Assembly: GCA_009711805.1 (NCBI GenBank)
Contig: VEMX01000028.1
Location: forward strand, 59,307 to 123,306
Source of the DNA: Balneolaceae bacterium
GTDB taxonomy: Bacteria > Bacteroidota > Rhodothermia > Balneolales > Balneolaceae
Reading direction: 5' to 3'
Length of the DNA: 64,000 nt
Notes under the pieces: generated by a model
Told to the model about the DNA's origin: nothing
The model's input: only the letters and a program-made list of their open reading frames with translations
Database searches by the model: none
Made by a program: the position numbers and the translations under genes
Shown here: one piece after another, positions 11,259-19,828 of the stretch
Layout: the number at the start of each line of letters is the position of its first letter
Numbering within the stretch: position 1 is the first letter of the stretch

Positions 11259-13077
11259 GTATTCTATAGCCATGGGAATGGAGAATATGAAAAATAGTAT
11301 TGTATTGATTTTAGCGTGTTTACTGACGACAGCCTGCTCGGGAGAACAGCAGACACAAAAACGGGCTTCGTATGATCCCCCCAAGTGGGCTGAAGGAAGA
11401 ATTTGGTATCAAATATTTCCGGAACGTTTTAGGAATGGAGATCCCTCTAATGATCCGGACAGAGCCCGGGCTCGCGGACCGGAAGGTTGGGAAATAAGTG
11501 AATGGACAACCGATTGGTATGCACGGGCTTCGTGGGAAAAGGAGGCTACGGATGATTTTTACGCTATCGTCAGAGAGCGAAGATATGGGGGAGACCTCCA
11601 GGGAGTCATCGACAAACTGGATTATTTGAAAGAACTGGGGATTGGCGGCATCTATTTCAATCCAATTTTTGATGCACAATCAATGCATAAATATGATGGC
11701 TCCTATTATCATCATATAGACCGGAATTTTGGCCCAAACCCAGAAGCTGATACTGCATTATTTAACAGGGAAGATCCGGGAGATCCTGCAAGCTGGGAGT
11801 TTTCTTCAGCTGATTCTTTATTCTTGGAATTGCTTGAAGAAGCTCATAAACGCGATATCAAAATTGTAATCGATGGAGTTTGGAATCATACCGGGACCGA
11901 GTTTTGGGCATTTCAGGATTTAGTGAAAAACCAGCAAAATTCCCCTTATAAGGAATGGTATATTGTTAATTCCTTCGACAATCCTGCTACAACGGACATC
12001 AGTGAATTTGATTATGAGGGCTGGTGGGGGTTTAAAGGTTTGCCCGTTTTCAGAGAAGAACAGGAAAACCTGGTTCGTCCAATTCGTGAGCATATTTTTG
12101 CCGTCACCCGCCGGTGGATGGACCCGAATGGAGATGGAGACCCCTCGGATGGAGTGGATGGCTGGCGGTTGGATGTAGCCTCGGAAGTGGGAAAAGAATT
12201 CTGGAAAGACTGGCATGAGTTAGTGTATCAGTTAAACCCGAAAGCCATTACTTTTGCGGAAATATGGACGGATGAAGCCAAAGAATTTATCAGCGCAGAT
12301 TTATTTACTTCTGTAATGAATTACCGTTTTGCCTATGCAGCCAAGGATTTCCTGATTGATGATCGTATTGATACGCAGAAATTTATTCGACGGCTAAATG
12401 CACTGGAAGATGAATATCCGGAAGGAAGTGTATATGTACTCCAAAATTTACTGGATAGCCATGATACGGCCCGCCTGGCATCGATGATTGTAAATCCTGG
12501 CCTGGAATACGACCGTGACGGGCATCCACGGGATGGTTTTAAAGTACGTAAACCAAACACCAAAGAAAGGAAAGTGCAGCGGTTGGTTGCCTTGTTTCAG
12601 TTTAGCTGGAGAGGAGCACCTATGATCTATTATGGAACAGAGGCCGGGATGTGGGGAGCTGATGATCCTGATGATCGTAAACCTATGGTATGGAATGATT
12701 TATCTTATGAACCCGAGTCCGTGCATCCTTTGGGTAAAGAACGTCCCCAAGACGACAATAATTTTGATGAGGAACTTTTCAAATACTACCAACAGTTAGC
12801 TGAACTGCGCACTCAATCGCAAGTATTACAGAGGGGGAGTGCTGAGTTCATCTACCAGGATGCTGCTGCAAAAGTAGTTGCCTTTCAGCGGGAACTGGAG
12901 GGGCAAAACCCGATTTATGTATTCCTGAACCGCTCAGCTGATTCCCAGTTTGTGACTATTGAACTACCTGTTGCCAAAGACGAACTAACAAACCTGATTT
13001 CAGGTGAAAGAGTGCAGCTAAAAGAAGGAACTCTTGCCTTTGAAATACCATCAGTATCTGGAGTAGTACTTCAGTAG
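11245..13077 (+). CDS. GH13 alpha-glucosidase/neopullulanase-like lipoprotein
   Basis: GH13 regions VIDGVWNHTG, DGWRLDVASEV, FAEIWT and LLDSHDTARL. A start at ATG 11287 gives MKNSIVLILACLLTTAC (lipobox). The 11245 start would overlap the MFS gene by 14 nt. Confidence 0.9.
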   Translation: MKRTKYSIAMGMENMKNSIVLILACLLTTACSGEQQTQKRASYDPPKWAEGRIWYQIFPERFRNGDPSNDPDRARARGPEGWEISEWTTDWYARASWEKEATDDFYAIVRERRYGGDLQGVIDKLDYLKELGIGGIYFNPIFDAQSMHKYDGSYYHHIDRNFGPNPEADTALFNREDPGDPASWEFSSADSLFLELLEEAHKRDIKIVIDGVWNHTGTEFWAFQDLVKNQQNSPYKEWYIVNSFDNPATTDISEFDYEGWWGFKGLPVFREEQENLVRPIREHIFAVTRRWMDPNGDGDPSDGVDGWRLDVASEVGKEFWKDWHELVYQLNPKAITFAEIWTDEAKEFISADLFTSVMNYRFAYAAKDFLIDDRIDTQKFIRRLNALEDEYPEGSVYVLQNLLDSHDTARLASMIVNPGLEYDRDGHPRDGFKVRKPNTKERKVQRLVALFQFSWRGAPMIYYGTEAGMWGADDPDDRKPMVWNDLSYEPESVHPLGKERPQDDNNFDEELFKYYQQLAELRTQSQVLQRGSAEFIYQDAAAKVVAFQRELEGQNPIYVFLNRSADSQFVTIELPVAKDELTNLISGERVQLKEGTLAFEIPSVSGVVLQ

Positions 13078-13089
13078 AATCGCCCACAT

Positions 13090-13147
13090 GGGCTTGGTTC
13101 TATGTAATGCCCCCCGATACTCGCTGTAAGACTTAAGAGAGCTTTAG
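13090..13147 (+). repeat. Copy 1 of a roughly 58-nt intergenic repeat
   Basis: gggcttggttctatgtaatgccccccgatactcgctgtaagacttaagagagctttag. The last 29 nt (13119-13147) are identical to 13477-13505. Confidence 0.85.
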
Positions 13148-13445
13148 GGTGGTCCACTACCTTAATCAGTATTGATATGGTTAGTTGCTATGAAGGCTGA
13201 GGTTGCCATATACTTTCACCTCACCTAAATCCTCTCCTGGAGGAGAGGACTTGCTGGGTAATCAATAGATTGTTTGCTCACTTTTAAGATTTTGGATTTT
13301 CTGCTTCTAAACTTATTGGAGGGTATGTACAACAATTCTTCCTCCTAAAGCAAGTCAGAGACTTGCGTGGCTACTGTCCTTAAGACAGCCCTCGCAGAAG
13401 AAGCCTAATTCATCGATCAGACCGGGGATCGGTCAGATCGGGTAC

Positions 13446-13505
13446 GGGGTTTGTTCTGTGTAATGAAACCCCGATTACTCGCTGTAAGACTTAAGAGAGC
13501 TTTAG
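13446..13505 (+). repeat. Copy 2 of the roughly 58-nt intergenic repeat
   Basis: ggggtttgttctgtgtaatgaaaccccgattactcgctgtaagacttaagagagctttag. It contains a 7-bp hairpin, ggggttt (13447-13453) with aaacccc (13467-13473). Confidence 0.85.
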
Positions 13506-13536
13506 ATTCAAAAAGTGAGGGGAAAGAATGATTATA

Positions 13537-13683
13537 TCACTGAAACTTTTTTGCCAGGCTATTTCTGAATTCTTTATTTCTGAGAACCTTCAATTCAAAA
13601 GCATTCATACTTTGTTGAATGGTTAAACTTTCTGTGCGATTTAAATCATCCAGGAAATAAGCCATTTCAATATCAGTGCCCGG
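13537..13683 (-). pseudogene. 3'-terminal remnant (about 48 codons) of a serine beta-lactamase-like paralogue
   Basis: Translates to PGTDIEMAYFLDDLNRTESLTIQQSMNAFELKVLRNKEFRNSLAKKFQ*. This aligns with the C-terminus of the intact gene at 14392-15462 (SGTDIEMAYFLDNLSSVENMSIKQSMNSFELEVLSNSSFREKLS...). Homology stops abruptly at about 13683, where repeat A1 starts. The tracked ORF 13537..13857 is a chimera of this remnant and the repeat. Confidence 0.8.
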
Positions 13684-13823
13684 TGAAATCACACTATCAA
13701 ACCAATCTCCCAGCCTTTTTTTAGTCTCTTTTTTTCTCGCAGAGGCCCGCAGATGAACCGCTGAGTTGCGCAGATGGTGCTGGAATACCGAACGGCATGA
13801 GCGTATCAACTTCAATGTGGCAT
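13683..13823 (+). repeat. Repeat A1 (141 nt), member of the ctcgcaga...gatgaaccgctgagttgcgc family
   Basis: Differs at 2 positions by eye from 14164-14304. Core sequence: tttctcgcagaggcccgcagatgaaccgctgagttgcgcagatgg...tggaataccgaacggcatgagcgtatcaacttcaatgtggcat. Confidence 0.9.
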
Positions 13824-14064
13824 CCAGGCAGTATTCATCCATGAAGATCCGGATCAAAAGACCGTAGCATTCAAACGTTCATTAAAAGGGGAAAGCCCGA
13901 TGTATGTTTTGCTGAATCGATCTGGATCTGCTCAGAGTGTTACTATTTATCTGCCTGATGCCAGGCAGGAACTCCTAAATGCCCTTACCGGAGAATCCGT
14001 TGAGCTAAATAACCAAAACCTTACCATAGAACTCCCTCTGATATCGGGTGTTATTTTGCGATGA
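13822..14064 (+). pseudogene. 3'-terminal remnant (about 80 codons) of a GH13 paralogue
   Basis: Translates to IQAVFIHEDPDQKTVAFKRSLKGESPMYVLLNRSGSAQSVTIYLPDARQELLNALTGESVELNNQNLTIELPLISGVILR*. It is colinear with the last roughly 80 aa of the 11245-13077 product (SAEFIYQDAAAKVVAFQRELEGQNPIYVFLNRSADSQFVTIELPVAKDELTNLISGERVQLKEGTLAFEIPSVSGVVLQ*). There is no start codon or upstream part of the gene. Confidence 0.8.
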
Positions 14065-14125
14065 ATTGATGTGGGTATGTGTGTGCACAGGTTAAGGCGA
14101 TATTTATTTTCTTCTCGTTGTGCCC

Positions 14126-14304
14126 CTCCGCGCAACTCCGCGTCTAACTCTGCGAAACTCTGCGTGAAATCACACTATCAAACCAATCTCCCAGCCTTTT
14201 TTTAGTCTCTTTTTTTCTCGCAGAGGCCCGAAGATGAACCGCTGAGTTGCGCAGATGGTACTGGAATACCGAACGGCATGAGCGTATCAACTTCAATGTG
14301 GCAT
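14126..14304 (+). repeat. Repeat A2, with a leader of four degenerate decamers (AACTCYGCG-type) plus the 141-nt unit
   Basis: 14126-14164 reads ctccgcgcaactccgcgtctaactctgcgaaactctgcg. It is followed by 14164-14304, which is nearly identical to A1. Confidence 0.9.
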
Positions 14305-14391
14305 TCCTAAAAACCCAATTATCCGGCCCGTAAACAACCTGACCTCCCTCCGCTAAAAACTTAATTGGGTTAACGTATTAACGCGGGCATG

Positions 14392-15462
14392 TTATTTCCC
14401 CTCAAGCATGGTCGATAGTTTCTCTCTGAACGATGAGTTGCTGAGGACTTCCAGCTCAAAACTGTTCATACTTTGTTTTATCGACATATTTTCCACAGAA
14501 GATAAGTTGTCAAGAAAATAAGCCATTTCAATATCAGTGCCCGATTTGGTAGTGGCATATAACGCCTTGGTAAGAACAAAAGCCGTAGAACCGCCCTTCA
14601 TACCTGAGTGTTCTAACCACTCTTGGTTAGCGGGATTTGTCATAACTACTTCCATAATGGGGTTTAGGGTAGCATGAACTTTCTCCGAAAAGTAGGACCG
14701 GCTGTTAATTTTGTCCATGACGGAGGTATAAGTTGAAGCTGTAGAAGCCGGTAAATGCTCAGACCATATTTTTTGGGCATCCATAGTAAGCGAGCTAAGG
14801 CTAAATTCGTTTTTCATGGAAGTGTCACTTTGAAGAGTATAGAAGACATCAGTACTTTTTTTACGATACTCATTGAGTGATAATTCCGAAGCATCGATGG
14901 TCTCATCATTAAACAGATACAGAGAGGAAATAAAAGGGTAGATGGGTTCATGATTTTTGATATCAAGACTGTCCAATCGGTTATTTACATTCTCTATACC
15001 CAGTTTCATGAGCAGAAACTCCGTATTGGCATTAGAGCTGAACCAGATCATGCCCTTTGCAACATCATGCAGAGTCACTTGTCCGTTGTTTACCAATCCT
15101 TGTTTGGTAATCATATTTAGCCAGGCAGGGTGTGTGCCTCCATCGGTATTGGGAATATAGAATCGCCTCAGTTCAGAAAGCGAGACCCTTTCACCGGGAT
15201 CTATTGTTCCGGCGGCCGCTTGTTCTGCAAACTCAACAGCTATTATGATTTTTACTGTACTTGCAAGAGGCATCATTCGATCCGCATTATAGTTTACCAG
15301 CACAGAATCATCCACAACCAAATGCAAAGATGCTTTCTCAGGATTATTCTTTATAAACTCGGCGATCTGCTTAGGAGAGGAAACGAGGTTTAGGTGAGAG
15401 GTAGTCCCTGTTATCACTATCAGTGTGGTGCAAACAGAAAGGCAAAAGAGAAATCGTTTCAT
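14392..15462 (-). CDS. Serine hydrolase, class A beta-lactamase / penicillin-binding-protein-like
   Basis: Signal peptide. SxxK motif LASTVKI, SxN motif FSSNANTEF, and a KTG-like motif MKGGST. Confidence 0.8.
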   Translation of the reverse strand: MKRFLFCLSVCTTLIVITGTTSHLNLVSSPKQIAEFIKNNPEKASLHLVVDDSVLVNYNADRMMPLASTVKIIIAVEFAEQAAAGTIDPGERVSLSELRRFYIPNTDGGTHPAWLNMITKQGLVNNGQVTLHDVAKGMIWFSSNANTEFLLMKLGIENVNNRLDSLDIKNHEPIYPFISSLYLFNDETIDASELSLNEYRKKSTDVFYTLQSDTSMKNEFSLSSLTMDAQKIWSEHLPASTASTYTSVMDKINSRSYFSEKVHATLNPIMEVVMTNPANQEWLEHSGMKGGSTAFVLTKALYATTKSGTDIEMAYFLDNLSSVENMSIKQSMNSFELEVLSNSSFREKLSTMLEGK

Positions 15463-15520
15463 CGTTTCGTTTTATTCATTAAGGTTCTAACTTTGCACTT
15501 TACGAAATAAACTATTTAGA

Positions 15521-16048
15521 ATGCGCTTAAAAGAAAAACAGTTTGTTCCTTTCATAGTAGGGGTAGCATTATTGTCTGTGATTGTGATTGTATTTTCTTC
15601 TTTCCGTTTCAAGCAAAAACAAGAGAGAATGTTTGCAGAAAACCTGCAAAAGTCGAAGCTGCTTCAGTCAACGATGATGTACAAGGTTGGGAGCCCGGAT
15701 AGTTTGACCCTATCCAGTTTAAAGGGAAAAAATGCGTTGTTGGTATTTTGGGCCAGCTGGTCCGATAAGTCTGAGTTGATGCTTAATGAGATTGATTTAT
15801 TAGCCAGCGAAAGAGACTCCCTGGTGGTGCTGGCTGGATTGGTAAAAGATGCCGAGGAATCGTTCTCCAGTGTAAAAAAATACAAAGGCTTTGTTTATGT
15901 TGACGGAACCTATCTGTTCAACGAGCTGAAAGTGCCGGGTATACCCAGTTATGTGCTCTTTAATAAAGATGGGACGGTTATGCATTCCAATATAGGCTAT
16001 CAAAAGGGAGTGGGATACGATACCCTTAAAGCCCGGCTAAATGAATAA
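15521..16048 (+). CDS. Membrane-anchored thioredoxin-fold (TlpA/ResA-like) protein lacking the CxxC cysteines
   Basis: N-terminal TM segment. LLVFWASWSDKS stands where TlpA-type proteins have WAxWCxxC. The fold signature VPGIPSYVLFNKDG is conserved. Confidence 0.7.
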   Translation: MRLKEKQFVPFIVGVALLSVIVIVFSSFRFKQKQERMFAENLQKSKLLQSTMMYKVGSPDSLTLSSLKGKNALLVFWASWSDKSELMLNEIDLLASERDSLVVLAGLVKDAEESFSSVKKYKGFVYVDGTYLFNELKVPGIPSYVLFNKDGTVMHSNIGYQKGVGYDTLKARLNE

Positions 16049-16898
16049 ACCAAGCTTTATATTGCTGGATGGCACATTGTGTGAAGAATCAGAAGCCTTG
16101 GTTTCTCCAATCAACAGAGGTTTGATGTATGGAGACAGCTGTTTCGACACCTTAAGATTATATCATGGGCAGTTTCTGCAGTGGGAACGGCATTTTGCAC
16201 GGTTAAAGGAAGGATTAGGATATCTTCGTATGGGCTGTCCGTGGTCTTCTTCAGAATTAAAAAAGGACATAATGAAATTACTCCGGGAAAATGGATTAAC
16301 CCAGGGGGATGCCATGGTCAGGCTCCAGGTATGGAGAGAAGGTGGCCGGGGATATAGAACCGAGGCAAGCGGGGCGAGATGGATGATACAAGCCTCACCT
16401 TATGAAGCCGATAAAGACAAAGCACTTAATCTAACAATAGCAGAAACCCGCTGTATCCCATCCAAATCACTAAAGCGAACCGTTAAGCTGGGGAGCGGCT
16501 TGAACTACGTACAGGCTGCCGCTGAGGCCCGCGATGCGAATTGTGACAATGCTCTTATGTTCACCATTGATGATTATATAAGTGAAACCACCACCGCCAA
16601 TGTATTTTGGGTAAAAGGTCACAGGTTGTTTACTCCTTCTGTAAGCTGTGATCTGCTGCCTGGTGTAATGAGAAGTATAATCATAGATCTGTGTAAACAG
16701 GAAGGAATCCCGGTTATCCAAGGAGAATACCAGCGTGATGAGTTAAAGGAAGCGGAAGCCCTGTTCTGCTGCAATTCACTCATAGAGATACAACCGGTGC
16801 ATACCGTGGGAGATTTAACCTTTGATGAAGATCACCAACTCATCCAGAAGCTGAAACAGCTAATATCCGGCTATAAAGAAATTCATCTCAAAGAATGA
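16041..16898 (+). CDS. pabC: Class IV aminotransferase-fold enzyme, probably aminodeoxychorismate lyase
   Basis: PLP fold-type IV features (NRGLMYGDSCFDT.., ..SETTTANVFWV.., GVMR). Start and stop overlap with the upstream gene and with folC, a context that favours PabC over IlvE. Confidence 0.7.
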   Translation: MNKPSFILLDGTLCEESEALVSPINRGLMYGDSCFDTLRLYHGQFLQWERHFARLKEGLGYLRMGCPWSSSELKKDIMKLLRENGLTQGDAMVRLQVWREGGRGYRTEASGARWMIQASPYEADKDKALNLTIAETRCIPSKSLKRTVKLGSGLNYVQAAAEARDANCDNALMFTIDDYISETTTANVFWVKGHRLFTPSVSCDLLPGVMRSIIIDLCKQEGIPVIQGEYQRDELKEAEALFCCNSLIEIQPVHTVGDLTFDEDHQLIQKLKQLISGYKEIHLKE

Positions 16899-18142
16899 GC
16901 CGCTTCAAAACAATAGAAGATGTATGGGATTACCTGGATGCCATCCCCCGGTTTCAGTCTGCAGGAGATAAGGCAGTGCATTATTCTCTGGATACAATCA
17001 AAGCATTTTGTGCATCTGTGGGCAACCCTCAGGATAGGTTTCCATCTATACACGTAGGTGGAACCAACGGTAAAGGGACAACCAGCCATATTTTGGCAAA
17101 TATATACAATGATGCAGGCTTCACTACCGGTTTGTTTACTTCACCTCATTTGGAAGTCTATAATGAAAGGGTGCGTGTTGCGGGAAAGAATATCACCGAT
17201 GAGCAAATGGTGATATTCTTTCGTAATTATGAAGAGCTGTTAAACCAGTATAACCTCAGTTATTTTGAAATCAGTACAGTTCTCGCATTTTGGTATTTTT
17301 CCGAAGCAGAAGTTGACCTGGCTATAATTGAAGTGGGATTGGGAGGGAGGCTGGATTCCACAAATATCATTACACCGGGGCTATCAGTAATAACCAGTTT
17401 AAGCCTGGATCATCAACAAATGCTGGGGGACCAGATCCAGGATATAGCACATGAGAAAGCAGGTATTATCAAAAAAGGGGTGCCGGTTGTTGTTGGAAAT
17501 CTGCCCGGTGAAGCTCTGCAGATCATACAGGAAAGAGTAAGAAAGACGGGCAGCAAAATGTATGCTGTTTCTGATTTAGAACCGAAATGGAAGCACGGAT
17601 TGTTTACGCTCAAAACAGTGGGTGTCACTCTTAAAACAAATGTAAGAGAACCTATAAATAAATGGAACCTGGCGATGGCCTGGCAGGTAGTACAGTTATT
17701 GAATGAAAAGTTTCCGGTTGCCAACGAATCACTTAAAACTTCGTTAAGCGAATTTAAAGGTGCTCGCGGAAGATTTGAGAAGCTCAGTCCCGAATATGAA
17801 TGGTATTTTTCCGGTTCTCATAATATGGAAGCAGTAGATGCCCTGTTGGAGACCGTTAGAGAGTTGGGTGAAATTACAGAGACAGTATTGGTGTTCTCAT
17901 CAGTGAAGGATAAGATCAGTAAAGAGTATCTGGAACGCTTTCAAGGTTTTAAAAAAGTATATTTTTATCAGCAAGAAGGAGAAAGAGCGGCTAAAAATGA
18001 AGATCTGTCGGGCATTATAACCCCTGAATTGATCGATAATGACAATTTTGAGATTATTTTAAAGGAATTGCAGACAGAGTTAGTAATTTTTGCAGGAAGT
18101 TTTTACTTTTATCCTATCATTAAACGATGGACCAAGGCTTAA
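16895..18142 (+). CDS. folC: Bifunctional folylpolyglutamate synthase / dihydrofolate synthase
   Basis: Mur-ligase-family P-loop HVGGTNGKGTT, SPHLEVYNERV, and the HEKAGIIKKGVP motif. Confidence 0.9.
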   Translation: MSRFKTIEDVWDYLDAIPRFQSAGDKAVHYSLDTIKAFCASVGNPQDRFPSIHVGGTNGKGTTSHILANIYNDAGFTTGLFTSPHLEVYNERVRVAGKNITDEQMVIFFRNYEELLNQYNLSYFEISTVLAFWYFSEAEVDLAIIEVGLGGRLDSTNIITPGLSVITSLSLDHQQMLGDQIQDIAHEKAGIIKKGVPVVVGNLPGEALQIIQERVRKTGSKMYAVSDLEPKWKHGLFTLKTVGVTLKTNVREPINKWNLAMAWQVVQLLNEKFPVANESLKTSLSEFKGARGRFEKLSPEYEWYFSGSHNMEAVDALLETVRELGEITETVLVFSSVKDKISKEYLERFQGFKKVYFYQQEGERAAKNEDLSGIITPELIDNDNFEIILKELQTELVIFAGSFYFYPIIKRWTKA

Positions 18143-18256
18143 AAACATTCTTCCATCGCATTTTTATCCTTACCTGATTGAATATCCTGTCTCGTTACTT
18201 TGGTAACATGATGTTCACCCCAAACTCAGTAAGTATCATAATAACAGCTACAATTT

Positions 18257-19798
18257 ATGTCAGATAATCAGACCGCCGGAATTACGGCCGGGGACTTAGA
18301 TTCTTTAGAAAAGAAGAAACTCCACGAGCTGCAAACATTTGCAAAATCTTTAGGAATAAAGCGCGTAACAGGAATACGTAAAGCCCAGCTCATCGAAAAT
18401 ATTCGGGAAAAAGCTCAATCTTTAAATGCTGAAAAAAAGCATCGGGAAGAAGAAAACCAGAAGGATGGCAGAAATTCTGCAAACAAAGAAGATGAGATGA
18501 CTTCCTATGGGGGGCAAGACCATATTGTCTCTTATAAAAAGCAGGAAGAAAAGAAAGAGAATAAAAAGAAGAAATCGCACAATCGAAATACTCAGCGTCG
18601 CAAAGGGCATGAGCACAACAAGCTGCCGGAGTCGGAAGCAACTACTCTTGAAGAACGCATTGAAGAGTTAAGACCTGGTTTGGGGCCATACCTTTTTAAT
18701 GAAGGTACGCTTGAAATTTTACCCGATGGTTATGGGTTCCTCCGCTCGGTGAACTACAATTATAAAGCCAGTCCGGATGATATTTATGTATCTCCTTCAC
18801 AAATTAAACGCTTTAGACTAAAGCAGGGCGATTGTGTAATAGGGATTATCCGTCCCCCAAAAGTAGGTGAACGATATTTTGCTTTACTCCGGATTGAAGG
18901 TGTTAATGGGCGTATTCCCCATGACATGGACAATCGCAAAGATTTTGAAGACATGCTCCCCATTCACCCCGACCAGCGATTCCGCCTGGAGCATAAGTCT
19001 ACTGAATACTCTACCCGCCTCATTGATATGTTTGCTCCATTAGGAAAAGGCCAAAGGGGATTGGTAGTGGCACAGCCAAAGACAGGTAAAACCACTATTC
19101 TCCGGAATATTGCCAATGCCGTTTCTGAAAATCATCCTGATACAAAAATTATTATTGTACTGATTGATGAACGCCCGGAAGAGGTTACCGAAATGGAACG
19201 CACAGTTGAAAGTGCTGAAGTAGTTGCCTCAACCTTTGATGAAAAACCAGAAAACCATATTGGCCTTGCAGAGATTGCTTTTGAAAAAGCCAAACGACTG
19301 GTTGAAAGCGGTCATGATGTATTGCTATTGATGGATTCTATTACCCGTTTGGCACGAGCATATAATATCTGTGCATCTAACAAGGGGCGTACCATGACCG
19401 GTGGTGTTGATTCTGAAGCTCTTAAAGCTCCCCGTCAGTTATTCAGTTCTGCTCGTAATATTGAAAACGGTGGTTCGCTTACCATCCTGGCTACAGCCCT
19501 TATCGATACCGGCTCGCGTATGGATGATGTGATTTTTGAAGAATTCAAGGGTACCGGTAATATGGAAATATACCTCGATCGCCGACTCTCGGATCGTCGT
19601 TTATATCCCGCAATCGATATTTTCCGGAGTGGAACACGACGTGAAGAGTTATTGGTTGCCGAGGAAGAACGCGAGAAGATAGTACTACTTCGACGTTACC
19701 TCACCAATATGAATGCGTTTGAAGCCATGGAATTCCTGCTCGACAAAATTAAAGGAACTAAAGACAACGAAGAGTTTCTCATTTCAATGAATAAATAG
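18257..19798 (+). CDS. rho: Transcription termination factor Rho with a K/E/N-rich N-terminal insertion
   Basis: Rho N-terminal helix bundle [14 protein letters not shown]. Charged low-complexity insert of about residues 55-125. CSD-like [14 protein letters not shown]. Walker [20 protein letters not shown]. Confidence 0.95.
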   Translation: MSDNQTAGITAGDLDSLEKKKLHELQTFAKSLGIKRVTGIRKAQLIENIREKAQSLNAEKKHREEENQKDGRNSANKEDEMTSYGGQDHIVSYKKQEEKKENKKKKSHNRNTQRRKGHEHNKLPESEATTLEERIEELRPGLGPYLFNEGTLEILPDGYGFLRSVNYNYKASPDDIYVSPSQIKRFRLKQGDCVIGIIRPPKVGERYFALLRIEGVNGRIPHDMDNRKDFEDMLPIHPDQRFRLEHKSTEYSTRLIDMFAPLGKGQRGLVVAQPKTGKTTILRNIANAVSENHPDTKIIIVLIDERPEEVTEMERTVESAEVVASTFDEKPENHIGLAEIAFEKAKRLVESGHDVLLLMDSITRLARAYNICASNKGRTMTGGVDSEALKAPRQLFSSARNIENGGSLTILATALIDTGSRMDDVIFEEFKGTGNMEIYLDRRLSDRRLYPAIDIFRSGTRREELLVAEEEREKIVLLRRYLTNMNAFEAMEFLLDKIKGTKDNEEFLISMNK

Positions 19799-19828
19799 GC
19801 GCCAATGTGTACGTGGATGGTGAACTGG

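Noticed and set aside
13537-13857. The 106-aa tracked ORF taken as an intact gene.
   Set aside because: Only its C-terminal roughly 48 residues resemble a real protein (the beta-lactamase-like tail). The N-terminal part is a read-through translation of repeat A1 (..HHLRNSAVHLRASARKKE..). It is treated as a pseudogene remnant plus a repeat.
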